Positions 37,621-51,375 of a stretch of DNA of 64,000 nucleotides are shown one piece after another. Position numbers and translations under genes: made by a program. The stretch comes from Chiloscyllium plagiosum. Its lineage: Eukaryota. Below the pieces are notes generated by a model that saw nothing but the letters and a program-made list of their open reading frames with translations, was not told the DNA's origin and searched no databases. The stretch spans positions 51,914,662-51,978,661 of the forward strand of contig NC_057721.1 in NCBI RefSeq assembly GCF_004010195.1, in the 5' to 3' direction. Each line of letters opens with the position of its first letter. The stretch's first letter is position 1.

Positions 37621-38948
37621 GGTCCTTAGTAATGTGAGCAGTCATCATTCATGTCAATCACAAACGATGGCTTTGTGTACTGCTCTGTTCAGTGGGACAT
37701 GGAGTACTCCAACAAGGATGGCCATGGAATAATTCAACGTGGAACTTTGACAAATGTCCATGCCTTCCACCACTGATGCTCTACAAGATGTACTGCAGAA
37801 ACTCACTAAGACTCCTTCAATAGCACCTTCCAAATTCATGACCAATACTATCTAGAAGGACAAGGGCAGCGAATACGTGGGAACACCACAAGTTTCCCTC
37901 CAAGCCACTCATCATCCTGATTTGGAAATATATTACTGTTCTTTCAGTGTCATCAGGTCAACATCATTCTCACTTTTTTTATGGTATTGTTCATCACTCC
38001 CTTTAAAAATTGCCAGTTATAGATCTGATTTTTATTTTTTAGTATATGGATCTGATTTTTGAAGGCACAGCCCGAAACAGCTTCAGGGGAGTTGGGTTGT
38101 CTAACCCCTCCTTAATTTTACTCACTGTCCCAGCATCCACTGCACTTTGAGATAGTGAATTCCACAAATTCACAACCCTTTGGGAGAAGTAAATTCTCCT
38201 CAGCGCTGTTTTAAATTTGTCACCCCTTATCCTAAGATTATGATCTCTTGTCCTAGAATGCCTCCTCAACATTCACTGTGAAACCCATCTATTCTCAAAG
38301 CATCATTTCAAACATGGGCAAGGAAGTCTCCTACTATTTACCACCTCCTGCACACCCCACTGGCCTGACTGAAGAGTTTGTAGTCTTGGTGTTGAACATC
38401 ATTTGGAGGAAGCACTGAGTGTGGCAAAGGTGCAGAATATACCCTGGGTAGAGGGTTTAAAGGTCCATCACCAAGAGTAACTCAACAGCACCACTACTGA
38501 CTGAGCTGGTCAAGACCTAAAGGTCAGAGCTGCCTGACTGGATCATTGTCAAGTCGTGAGGGAACCAACAAGAGTGACATAACGGTGAAGAGGGGTGAGT
38601 TAGAGTCTCTTGGTGTTTGACCAACTCCCTCTTTTAGTTGCAACAACATTTATTTAAAATGTTTCCCTTCGCTTGTGGTACCTCACTCCCAGACCCAAAT
38701 TAACTTGTGATTTAAAAGGAGCTGATTTAACCAGACTTGCTTGAATTGGAAACAAAGGTGAATTTATTAATTATTAAATGTGAAAAAAATAGTAATACAG
38801 CACAAACTCATATAAGTTAGATGTGAGCCGTGAGTTCAAGAAGATCAAAGTTAGAGTAACATATGGATCAGTTTCTGAATTATTTGTGAAGACCAGATTA
38901 TTGAATTCTGCTGCTGTTGTAGCCCATGTTACTGATGGTGACATTGAT

Positions 38949-38984
38949 AGTCCTGAAGAAGGGCTAATGCCCGAAACGTCGATT
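38949..38984 (+). ncRNA. Minimal type I hammerhead ribozyme motif (Penelope pLTR)
   Basis: AGUC-CUGAAGA-AGGGC uaau GCCC-GAAA-CG-UC-GAUU: intact core, ACGU palindromic helix III, GUC triplet. Confidence 0.6.
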
Positions 38985-39469
38985 CTCCTGTTCCCTAGAT
39001 GCTGCCTGACCTGCTGCGCTTTTCCAGCAACACATTTCCATCTTTGATAGTTAAACAGTCAGTTGAGACGTGTAGCCTTGTAGAATGACTGAAACTAATT
39101 TGACCTGATTGCTTTTTGCAGTTCTGGGCTTAGAGTAAGGGAGAGCCTTCATTTTTCTTTCTTTCATCTGCAGTGCAGACATGTTTAAACGACTGGTTTC
39201 AGAGCCATGAACCTCACTGCATACACTGAGACCTCAGACTACTGGACTCAGGTCAAATCTTATTTTTAACCTTTATCCTTGTGTATTCTTGAAAGTTAGG
39301 AAAATACGAACATGTCTCTATGTATCTACTTCTTTTAAAGCCCTCAGGTGTATTCTATCAGGTCTCAACAGCTTGTCAGCCTTTAGGCCACCTTTCCTGC
39401 CTTTAGCTCGGACGTTGCACCAGTAGTGTGACTGATTTACCAAGCAATACCAAGCCTATAAGGCCTGAG

Positions 39470-40562
39470 ACCCCAAAAGGGAAAAGAACAAAGAAAGAAA
39501 AGACTTTTAAAAATTATCATGTCATTGTCCGCACACATCTTTTCCTCTTTCCCTCTTGTTCAAAGTCTATTATTTCAGCAAGTTCAAAAATTCTTTTACT
39601 TTATCTGCTGAGTTGTAGACAGCTCCCCTATAATTGAAATGTAGCACTGCGAGGTACCTCAGAGAATATTGAATGTTTAAATCTCTTAATTTTTTCTTTA
39701 CATCATCAAAAGTCTTTCTTTTCTTAATTATGACCCCAGAAAAGTCATGAAAAAACATTATCATCGAACCTTTACAAACCAAAGCCTGTGGATCTCTTCC
39801 TAGTCTTCTGACTGTTCCTATTATTAACTGCTTTTTTTTATAGTGCTGGAGTCACACTAGGACCAGGCGGGGGTGCTGATCTGGCCCGGACCTGCGCATT
39901 GTGATCCAATGGGTCTGCTCCACACTCACCCGGGTCGACTCAATCTCCAGCCCCAGCATCTCCAGAACCCACCTCCTGAGAAATTCAAAAGAGTTTTCAC
40001 TCTCATCATGTTCCAGAAGTTTCTTTTCTCTGACCTCGGCTTTCGAGGTCATCTACTTGTTTCAGCAGGGCCCTTCCAAGGGTCAGACCCGCCTCTCAAA
40101 ATTCTCCGTCGTGGCCTCCGAGACTGCGGTCCTTTGTTCCCCCACTTCTACACACCAATCCAGAGCCCAGATCTCCTGCTCATGCTTTGTCAGTCTGACA
40201 GTAATCGGCTCCAGCACTCTTTCAATTTTTTTCACGAGGTTTTGCAAACTCCGTGAGTAAATACTGCTGCTCCACTGAACTTAAAGGCACCACCATGGGA
40301 GTTGAAGCAGTGGCTGCAGGCATGCCCAGCATAGTAGGGGAGTGCCTTGCCTGCTGCACTAGCTCCCTTTCCTTTAAATGTCTTCATTTCAACTCCAGAT
40401 CCTCCAAATCCTAATGTAAAGGAGGTCTAGGTGCTCTACCTACTTTAAACTACAAATTTCCCTCAGGAGTGACTACTATGGGGAGGTGTAGGAGCCCCCC
40501 TTGCCTGGAGTATGCCACAGAGCCCAACACAGCAGACTGTCAGATTGCCACCATCTTGAATC
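39470..40562 (-). mobile_element. L1-clade LINE 5' part: 5'UTR and degenerate ORF1
   Basis: ORFs 39852..40052 and 39570..39782 (IMFFHDFS..IKKRKTFDDVKKKLR..NIQYSLRY.A.L) match the L1 ORF1p RRM/CTD; caagatggtggc (YY1-like) at the 5' end. Confidence 0.75.
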
Positions 40563-40699
40563 TCCAGTAGTGTGACTGCAGAAACCTTTAGTAAGGTAGA
40601 TTCCTCTGAAGGTAGGTCCTTAGACTGAGATACCAATCAGACCCCTCAAAGCAAGTGATGACAAGTGATTCACATTTCACAGACAAAGGCTATCATGAA

Positions 40700-42340
40700 A
40701 TAACTTGCAACTTGCAGGGACTCAGATGGTTGTGGCCATGATTCCTTCAGAAGACATGTTCTGTCACCCACCCTCTCCCACTAAATTGTCAACACAAAGG
40801 GACAATAAAACTCATCTCCCTCATATGGGAGAGCATGCCAAGGGATCTCCAAGACAGCATCATTGTGGGCTTCTTCAGGAGAAAAGACATAACAATTTGC
40901 ACTAAATACAGTGTGCTGTCTGCTACAGAAAGGTTTAATGCAAAAAAAAATCCTCAAATGCTTCCTCTCAATGGCTGAAAAGCTCCACCAAAGACACAGT
41001 GTGAATCCCATTCATCAAGAAGCATAGTGGACATAATCTTCATGATTTGTCATTGAGACAAATCAAGGAAAACTGCGGAGAATAGCAGCAACTCCTATGC
41101 ATGGCTTTCACAAATCTCAAAAAGGCCTTTGACGCTATCAAGAAAGAGGAACTATGAAACATCCTTCTCAAAATTGGCTGTACAGAAATTTATCAATATC
41201 CCCTGCCTGCTGCGTAATGGCATGCAAACCATGATCGTCATCAATGGATCGCTCACAGACTGAGTCCCTGTGCAAACTGTGCTCAATGTCTCATTGCACC
41301 AACTCTCTTCTCAATCTTCCTGGCCAGAATAGTCTACCCCAAATTCATTAGTCTTCCTGCTGGTGTAGACTTAATTTACAGGACAAGCAGAAAACTGCTC
41401 AACCTGCATTACATCCATAACCAAGAATGCCCCACCTTGTGTTGCCAAGCTTCAATGCTTATGTATGCAAATGCAGAGGTCAAATCCAAACGATCATCAA
41501 TGCATGCACTGAATGACCTTAGGCTAAGTGTCCAAAAGACAAAGGTCCTCTACCACTCTGCTGTCACCACATAATACTGTCCCCTGACTATCAAGATCCA
41601 CTGCAAGCCATAGGACAATGTGAGTCAATTCCCAAACCTCGGGAGACTCTTATGAGAGATCTTTTCGATGATGAGTTTCAACATGCCTCCAGTGTGCCTT
41701 GGGCTATCTAAGGAAAAGTGTTTAAGAACAAGGACCTGATACCAAGCAGATGTTTGACAGGGCAGTGGTGTCACCTAACCTTCTTACATGCATAGGAGAT
41801 ATGCGCAATGTACAGTAGGCATTTCAAATCCCTTAAAAACTGAATACCTTTGTAAAATCCTGCAAATTCACTGGAAGGACAAGAGCTTCAAAATCAGTGC
41901 CCTCTCTAGGCCAACATCCCTCAGTATCAAGGCTGTGTTGAGTGGGCCTCAATGTCCATGGACCTGACACAAGACTACTCCATGTTTCATCATGGCAAGA
42001 AGTACAAGGAGGTGAAACAAAATGCTTCAAAGACATTCTGAAGGCCTCCCAGAAAACATGCGACATTCCCATTCACGAGTGGAAATCTGCAAAAAATTTG
42101 GAGAAGAACTATTTGCAAAGGAGACAACCATATTGGGCATCTCCAACAGTCCCTGATGGGAGCCATGTACAAACAGCAGAACAGGCAAGGGGAAACCCAA
42201 GCATCCGAAACACTTTGCACTTCAGCAAACACCACCTAGCCCATCGGTGACATTGCCTGTGGTTTCTGTTTAGTCACCTCAGGAACTGCAAAACCCAGAG
42301 TGGAAGAAAGTCATCCTTCATCCTGAGGGACTGCCTAAGG
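40700..42340 (+). mobile_element. Degenerate RTE-clade LINE (RT and 3' end)
   Basis: RQIKENC.E.QQLLCMAFTNLKKAFDAI RT motif; KCFKDILKAS C-terminus; 3' end agtcatccttcatcctgagggactgcctaag. Confidence 0.75.
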
Positions 42341-45300
42341 GGAGCAGCAAGAAGACTTGCCAACACAGTTGTTCCTCTTATTTGGACAACACTTAATCAC
42401 AGTATAAAGCTAAGGAAGATTGAAAGTGGAAAAAAAATCTATCAAAGGTAGCTCAAGAGTTAGCTTGGATACCAAGAGCATAAATCTGAAAGTTCCTCAG
42501 GACATGATCCCAGAAGTTGTACCATAATACTGAGTTGTTCATTTACTGACTCCTGTTAAGGACTCAGGGGGACTGCCACTCAACAGCAAAGACCAGACGA
42601 GTGCAACTCTCACTTTGCATGTGTCTTTGACATATACCAGATGTCGCAGAGGCAATTGGTCAGCTTGTTCCCTTTCCCTGAGCCCAGGCATAGTTCTCCC
42701 TTCAGACCTTAAACAAGACTTTGCTTACAGGGGAAGGTTAATAAATTAATCAGGGTCTAGACAACTTACTGGCACTTATGAAACTGTATCTGCAAAAATT
42801 GTCACTTATTTTAGCAAAAGATCAGCAGAAGCATCTGGAGGTCAATTAAAACAGGATACACATGATGCATTATGGTGGCAAGAATGTGGAGAATATAGTT
42901 ATGAATATTCATAAAATATTGTTATAATTTCAGAGTTTGGAAGAAAAATGGATTCTGATTTTCAGTTCTGTGAATGTCTCATTTTTTATAAAGATCAGAA
43001 AGTCATTTTGAACATTGAACATTACACAGAATTTAAAAAAGTTATTTGACTTCAGCTAAATTACCAGCAAGCTATCTGGTAGATAATTGCTAAGGTATTT
43101 GCTGATTTGAGTTTTATGACCAATAAATAGAGGAGCTGAAAGCAGTTTTGTTCTGGGAGAAGAGGTCCATAACGGCAGAGGTTATGTCAAGAGCAGTCTC
43201 CTAGCAATCGGGACAAGAGGAACAAAATCCTGAGTTGCTTAGAGGTAAGAGGGAAGAAACCTTTAGAATTATAAAGCAGTTTGTGTTGGGGGGAGGGGGC
43301 AGGTATTGGTGTCAGAGAGGAAGGCTTCCTATAGGATTGTTGATGACATGAGTTTAGGGAACTTATATTAAGCAATAGTGAGCTGAATTAGCTCAGGACA
43401 GGCATTAATTGAAGAAAATAGCATCTCCTGAATGCACAAGATTTGCTTTTAGGAAACCCATTACAGCTATGCCAGCTGAGCAAGATGTTTTAACGTTAAG
43501 AGAAAGGATGACTTTTCATTAAGGTTTCAATGCCTATAAGGTTATTTGCTGGAATAAAATAAATGAAACCACTTTTGATATTTGTAATGAAATCATTCCA
43601 ATAATTCTTGCCAGTTTGTGTATTACCTTTCTGTATAAACTGGTAAATTATTTTGTGAAAGGTATATTGGTGATCTCTCATGAATATGTTCAGTGACTGA
43701 CTTCTAAGGTATATAAAACAAAAATTAAATTTGTGGTCTATCAAACAAGGTTTCATTCTGGAATCTAAACTGTCCATTAATGCCATCAGTTGAGACCACA
43801 GCAATATGAAATAGCAAAAAATGCTGATTTAAAAAAGCATGTGTATTAAAAGTCATGGCAGACATAGAATAATTTGATATATGATGAATAAAACAGCAAA
43901 ATTAAATGTATCAGTTTTGAAAAAATATCAATAATCAGGAAGGCTGTGATTTGAAAATATTTAAAACTTTGTGTATGACCTTTAAGAACAGTAAATGTGA
44001 ATTAGAAGTAAAAATATTTGGGTGCAGATGTTTCCGGCATTATCAGCAGTGGTCAGAAAAACACATCTAGATGTTAACCAAACTGGTGGTGACCTTTCAG
44101 ATTATCCACAATTCTAATTGAAGTAATTTGTCTTTGAAAATGTTCATAAACAAATAAAACATCATGCCAAACTGCCTGTTTCAAGAAGTCACGCCATCCT
44201 TAACCAAAAAGGTCATGAGTTTATTTATGCATGAAATTTTAAAAATATTAAATTGCAAGCAACCAAACATGATAAACTGTGTTTATTTTATCAAGAACTG
44301 CATCAAGACCTCTGCCTCCAGAAGGTAGCTTAATTAAATCATCAAACGTGAAGTTTCTGTTGTGCTGGAGGACTTGTCACACTGCAATAGTGTTTGCTGC
44401 ACAAGGATAGTTTAGACAATGCCATTAAAGATGAACTGTACTGAGAAAGAGAGGTGATAAAAGAGTGATACAACATTCTTTTTCTCATTAGTTCCTGTCT
44501 TTAGTTTACAACATGCTAGGGTTTGATTTGTGCCACAACTCCGAGAGATAGCGCTTGTTCACGACATTGTTAAAGTGTATGGGGTCCCATCAGGCAGCTG
44601 GAAATAAGTTTTTTCCAGGAAGGACCACTGAACTACATGCCAATCAGGCAGTGGCAATGCCACCAGCTGGCTTTCCCTGGAATCGAGTCCCCCAGGCGTA
44701 GGTTCAACATAGCGAGTGCTGCTGGTCAATCGGAAGCCAGCAACTCTCACACTGAGTGATGTCACAGTAAAGTCTGTAGCTGATGGTGGAAGAGTGCCCC
44801 TGGACTCCCAGAACTGCAAAGGATCAGAACAGAGATTTTTTTTCTTGGATGGATGAATGAATAGCGTCCTCAGGTTGGGGTCTGTGTAAATAGGTCAATG
44901 GTAGAATTAGAAGCACGGACAGGGTGTGGTTCCCAATGGTCGTCCTCACACACAATGCCCAACCTCTCCATTAGACACTGGCTGCATTTGATTCTGCTAT
45001 AGGGAACACCATATAGTGACAGGTCTGTCTGTAGCTGGCTGAATCCCAGTAGCACAGGGCTGAGGCCCTTAAGTGGACCTTAATTTGTCACTTAAGAGTT
45101 TCAATTGGCAGCAGGTCAAAGGGTCTTCCTGCCCAGTATCCAGTTCTTGTGGAACTGAGACAGTGGCAAGGTTTGAGTAGACCACCAACATGGGTAATAT
45201 TAAGTGCCGTCTTTACCTCCAAGCTCACCACCTCTGGGAGCAGAGGATTCCTCCTTGAGCATTTGCAAGCGACATGACTATATTAAACATCAAAGGAATC

Positions 45301-45614
45301 AAATTGTTTCTCACTAGCACTACCTTGCACATTTTTACCAGAAATGACTGGATGATTATCAGGGTCAGAGCTTTGGTTAATTTTCCTCTTCTTTTCTTTG
45401 AGTTATTGAAGCTAATGGTAATGCTGTTCTGACTATAGGTCATCTAGTACAGGATGGGGATCGGACTTGGTAATGTCTTGCTTCATAGTTCAGTTGACAG
45501 TCTCACTGAGCTTTCACAGGAAGGTGCCATATTGTGAAAACACTGTAAAATTGTTATGCTTCCTACATAACAGGGTCTATTGATTGTAAAGTACTTTCTG
45601 ACGCTCTGAGGGCA

Positions 45615-47310
45615 TAAGAACATAGGAATTAGATGCCCTTCAAGCTCACATAATCATGGCTAATCTTATTCTGGTCTCAACTCACTTTTCAGCCTGGTCC
45701 CCATAATTTTTATCCACTTTTAAATCAGCAACATATCAATTTCTTTCCTGAATCAATCGATTGATTCCACCTCCACTGCACTCTGAGGCAGTGGGTTCCA
45801 CAGATTCACAACCCTCTGGGAGAAGTAATTTCTCCTCACCACAGTTTTTGACCTATCTCCTTTCACTCTATATCTATCACATATTGTTTGAGGCTATCTC
45901 ACAAGCGGCAGCATCGAATCAACTTCCACCTTAACATGCCACCATATCCTTCCTCAAGTAAGGAGATCAAACCTGGGCACAATACTCCAGGTGTGGTCTC
46001 ACCAATGTTTATATAATTGCAACAACACATCTTTACTTTTATAATTCAGTCCTTTTGCAATATATGCCAGAATTCTAAAACCCTTTCTTAATATTTGCAG
46101 TACCTGCATACCCACTCTCTGCGATTCATGCACAAAGATGCCCAGATCCCTCTGCACTGACACACTTTGAATTTGCTTCCTATTTAAATAATAATTTTTC
46201 CTTGTATTTTTCTGGCTGAAATGGACAGCATAACACTTATCCACATTAAACTCCATCTGCCAGATTCTGGACCATTCTCATAACCTATCAGTATCCATCT
46301 GTAAGCTCTTTATCTCCTCATTGCTGCTTGCTTTCCCACCTGTTTTGGTATCGTCCATGAATTTTGCTATGCCACACTCTTTCCCTGCTTGCAGATCATT
46401 TATATAGATTGTAAATAGTTGGATCCTGAGAACTGAACCCTGGAGCACTCTGTTTGTCTAGACAGCACCATCCAGAAAAGGTCTCATTTATCCCGACCCT
46501 GTGCTTGCTGCCAGTTAGCCAATCCTCTATCTAAGCTAAGAGACTACCCTTAACCCCCTTCCGCCCCGGCAATCTAGTCTTCTGGATCAGTCTTATACCT
46601 TGTTAAATGCTTTCTGGAAGTTTAGATATACTACATCCACTGGATCCCCATTATCCAAGATCTCCAGCAAACTTGTCAAGAGTGACAGTCCCTTTATGAA
46701 ACCAAGCTGACACAGGTGAAGTGAGGCTTGTTTTGCCAAGTGTTCAGTTATCTCCTCCTTTTTGGTTGACTCAATAATAAGGGTATACAATTAGCTTGTT
46801 TCCAATCCATTGCTATCTTTTCAGAATTCAGGGAATTTTAGAAAGCCATAAGTACATCCACTATCTTTGCTGCCACCTCCTCTAATACCCTAGAGTGCAA
46901 GCGGTTAGATAGCAGGAATTTATCTGCCCTTAATCCCATCAATTTACTTATATACTTTTTCCTAGTTTTAGTAATTGCACCAAGTTCCTCTGTAGTAATT
47001 GCAGTTTTTGGGGAAAAAAAACTATCTTCCAGTGTGAAACCAGAGGCAGGATATTGGTTTAGTGCCTCTGCTATTTTTGAGTTTCCCACTAGCACCTCAC
47101 CGGTTTTGTCCTCTAAAGAGCCAATGTTTACTTTCATTATTCTCTTCCTTTTGATGTACTTATAGAAGCTTTTGATATCAGTACTGCTAGTTTCCTTTTG
47201 TAGCTCATCTTAGCTCTTTTGATGTTTTTAGTTACCCTTTGCTGACATTTAAAGTTCTCCCAATCCTCCAGACTGCTTCTAACTTTTGCAGTATGATATA
47301 CCATGGTTTT
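45615..47310 (-). mobile_element. CR1 LINE remnant
   Basis: ORFs 45999..46256, 46593..46790 (VDVVYLNFQKAFNKV) and 46838..47137. Confidence 0.8.
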
Positions 47311-48449
47311 TGCTTATAAGACATTATGTAAATGCAAGTCATTTCTTTCTTCTTAACAATGTTCATTGTAAAGATATTGCAACATATTTTCATGGTTACT
47401 GATGTCCATTCATTTTGGCATTTGTCGTGCTGTGACCCAGTTGAATTAGACAGAAACTAGTACTGCACTTGCCTCATTGGAAACATACCAGAAATAACTA
47501 ACGTATGAGAATGAAACATGTTATTGAATATGAATTACTTAAAAACAATTCTTTCTCCCTAAAATCCTACGAGCAACTACAACTTGAAGACTTTTAATGT
47601 AGACCATATGTCCCAAGGCACATCATAGGAGCAATTGCATGGAATAGTGGGCATTGAGCCATAGAAGCAGAAACTGGGATTGGTGAACCAAAGCTTAAAT
47701 ATGGAACTAGGCTTTACGGAGCAGCTTACAGGAGGAAAGAGAGGTAGAGAGTCAAAGGGGTTTTATCAGCAAATTTCTGAACTTTGAGACAGCTGAAGAT
47801 ATGGCTACCGATGATGGAATGAGAAAATGTCAGGCGTGAACAAGTGACCAAAATTGAATGAAAGCAGAGATTTCAAGAATTGGAAGACTGGACAAGGTTA
47901 CAAAGAGCGGGAAAGAAAACGTTATGAAGAAATTTAAAAACAAGGGTGTTGATTCTAAAATGAAGGTGTTGCCAGATCAGGTCAGTTGGCATGCCCCCAT
48001 TCTTATTCTATAGTCTCAGTTTCCTGACCATAGTTTCACTTATTTGTTTGTACAATTTGAACCAAAGATGTGGATGACCCTGGTAAATCCACACTTATTA
48101 ATTATCTCAAGCTAACTAGAGAAGGTGGCAGTGAGTGTTCTCTGTGAAGTGTTGTATTTGTTGAGGAGTGTTAGTTAGGAACTTTCAGGACATTAACCTA
48201 AGAACAATGAAGGATTGGCAGTACATATCCAAATCAGGATGGTGTATGTCTTAAAGAGAAACCTGAGGCGCATGACTTTCTTTAAGGATAAGAGAACATT
48301 TTACAGACCTTTCCCTCAGTAATTATAAAATTGAGACAGATTTATTGGGGAGAATTGAAATACCTGATTGTCTGACTTTTTATATTAAGTGGAAGTCTGG
48401 CCCTCGGAACGTCTGGACTCAGTACAGATGTGATCAGGCAGTGACTTGG

Positions 48450-49245
48450 CCCAGCATGGCATCCTCTTGGCCCGGTATGGCAATTTCCCAGTGGCCCAGC
48501 ATGGTGGTCTTTAGCCAGTACATGGTGGCCTCTCAGCCCGGTGTGGCGATCTCCCAGTCACCCAGCATGGTGGTCTTCAGGCAGCATGTGGTGTCCTCTT
48601 GACCCGGTGTGGCGATCTCCCAATGCCCAGCATGGTGGTCTTACCCAGTACATGGTGTCCTCTCGGCCCGGTGTGGTGATGTCCCAGTGCTCATCATGGT
48701 GGTCTTACCAAGTACATGGTGTCCTCTCGGCCTGGTGTGGTGATGTCCCAGTGCTCATCATGGTGGTCTTACCAAGTACATGGTGTCCTCGTGGCCCGGT
48801 GTGGCAATCTACTGATGATCAAGCATGGTGATCTTTGGGCAGTATGTGGTGTTCCTTAGCCTGGTGTGGCAATCTCCCGGTGGTCAAGCTTGGCGATTTT
48901 GGGCAGTATACGGTGTCCCTTAGCCTGGTGTGGTGATCTCCCAGCAGTCAAGCGTGGTGATCCTTGGGCAGTACGAGGTATCCTCTCGGCCCGGCGTGGT
49001 GATCTCCTAGCAGCCCAGTACGGTGGTCTTCGGGCAGTGCGTGGTGTTCTCTTGGCCTAGTGTGACAATCTCCCAGTGGCCAAGCGCAGTGATCTTTGGG
49101 CAGTACGTGGTGTCCTCTTGGCTCAGTGCAGCGATCTCCCGGTGGTCAAACATAGTGAGCTTTGGGCAGTAATTGCTGTCCTCTCGGCTCAGTGTGGTGA
49201 TCCACCGGTGGTCAAGCGTGGTGATCTTCGGGCAATGTGTGGGTG
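48450..49245 (+). repeat. GC-rich minisatellite, about 12 copies of a 64-66-bp unit made of three ~21-22-bp subrepeats
   Basis: Recurring cagtacgtggtgtcctctcggcccggtgtggcgatctcccagtggcccagcatggtggtctt; for example gggcagt at 48837, 48901, 48966, 49032. Confidence 0.9.
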
Positions 49246-50015
49246 GTCTTGGGGAGGCTAGATGTCAACATGGACTGGATTGGAAGACAGTTTCTCCTTA
49301 CTTTTTTTCTCCATTTTATAATTTATTCCTAAATCTGCAATGCTGGGCCTATTTTTAACTTCTCTATTTTTTCCATGAATTGTAACTGAAAAGCTGTACT
49401 CAGGGACTTTTGTATCTAAGGTGGCACTATAAGCAATAACTTGCACACCTTACACTCTACTCATTTGAGTACATGTGACAATAACACTAATTCTAATTCT
49501 ACTAAATATCAAAAATTCAGTCCATGATGTGTATGCACTCTTCTAAGAGATGTAATGGCTGCCATCTTGCTGTGAATATCTGTTCATTCACACATGACAG
49601 TTATTCGTGCCACAGAAGGAGGCCACTCAGCCTATCGAGTCCTTGCTGGCTTCCTGCACAGAAGTTCAGTCCATTGTACTCTCCTCTTGATCCCCATAAC
49701 TTTGGAAGTTTATGGCCTTCAAATGTCAATCCAATTTCCTTTGAACTAGTTGATTGGATATTTCTCTGTCCACCTCATAGGCAACAGGGTGGTCACCACC
49801 ATTCACTATGTGAAAATATCCTTCCTGATGTTCCCCATGAAACCTTTACCCTTGTTCCTTTGTCTTTGCCACTTCAGCTAACAGGAAAACGTTTCTCTTG
49901 TCTACCTTATTTAAGCCTGCCATAATCGTGCACACCTCTCCAAAATCTCTCATTAATCTTCTTTGCTTTTAGAAGAACAAGGAAAGTCTTTCCAACCTAA
50001 ATTTGCATTTCATGT

Positions 50016-50655
50016 TGTCGCAAAGTTGGTCCTTTTTTCTAAAAGCTGTTCCTTTTCTCAAGGATACTGTGTCCTTGGTTTTTTCCCAGAGGGATCGTAA
50101 AACCCTCCAGGCTCCAAGGTGACTAGTTTGGTACAGAGATGAAAAAAGATGTTGAGAGGCCTTTTGTTTCTATGTAAACAAATGACACTTCAGGCCAAAG
50201 TTGTCATGTGTTAGAAGTGATCTGTATAATGAAAGGGGAGTGGTCAGCTCTGTAGCTGGCAATTCAGTCCAGAGCAAGTTCGGAGTTCAGCTGTGTGGAA
50301 ACAAGCTGCTAAACTCTCTTTCTCCTTCTGCTCTTCTAACTTCAACCTGTAAGCATTCGTTCCATTTTCACTGTATTTAAGGGGTTTTGCTTATTGGGAC
50401 TGTTGCATATATTCAGAACAGGATAATTAAGTCTAATTTGGATAGACTGAGTTCTGTAGGGGTTCGTTATTCTGTTCTTTGTGTTTCATTGTGTAATTTT
50501 GTGAATTAATTTTTGTCTGTTTTAAAACCTGGTAGTCAACCTCGCTAACTTACTCCAGGTAATTGTCACTGTCCACTTACCAAAACAAATTGCAAAGATA
50601 TGGTCTGGGCTGCCTGATTAAGAATGTTTTGAGTGGTCTGGCTTAGTCCATAACA
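50016..50655. mobile_element. Solo LTR (Gypsy-like), 640 bp, TGT...ACA termini, 4-bp TSD ATGT
   Basis: atgt|TGTCGC...CCATAACA|atgt; a second copy in the opposite orientation begins at about 63821. Confidence 0.8.
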
Positions 50656-50893
50656 ATGTGCCTATCCAGAGAACTATTTCAGTAAATCTTCTCTGCATGT
50701 TCTCAAGGCTCACATATCTATCTTTAGGTGCGGTGTTCGGAAATAAACCCAATACTCTAGTTTGGGCCTTTCCTAAGATTTACAAAAGTTCAACATAACC
50801 TCACTGATTTTGAACTTCATATCTCTGTACATGAAGCTGGGATTTAAATCTTCTTCTTTTCTCCCTTGAATTTTTAAAAATTCAGTTGGATTT

Positions 50894-51180
50894 TTAGATT
50901 AGACTCCCTACAGTGTGCAAACAGGCCCTTCAGCCCAACCAGTCCACACCGACCCTCCGAAGAGTGACCCACCCAGACCCATTTCCCTCTGACTAATTGA
51001 CCTAACACTATGGGGCAATTTAGCATTGCCAATTCATCTGACGTGCACATCTTTGGACTGTGGGAGGAAACCCACGCAGACACAGGGAGAATGTGCAAAC
51101 TCCACACAGACAGTCACCTGAGGCTGGAATCAAACTTGGTAACCTGGTGCTGTGAGGCAGCAGTGCTAACCACTGAGCTG
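50894..51180 (-). mobile_element. HE1/V-SINE-type SINE
   Basis: Same consensus. Confidence 0.9.
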
Positions 51181-51375
51181 TCACTGAGTGGCAGTTTAGG
51201 TAACAAGCCTTTTATGTGGCACTTTGTGAAATGTTTTCTTAAAACCCATGTAGACAACTGCAATCACATTGCCTTCATCAACCTCTGTACTATTCACAAA
51301 AAGAAATTCAATTAGTTTATTAAAGCATAATTGGTCTTTTCCAATTTGCTACTGGTTCTCCTCAAATTTGCAAAT

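Noticed and set aside
48450-49245. Regular array that could be mistaken for a CRISPR or a coding repeat
   Set aside because: Eukaryotic context, no unique spacers, and frames broken by 64-66-bp unit lengths
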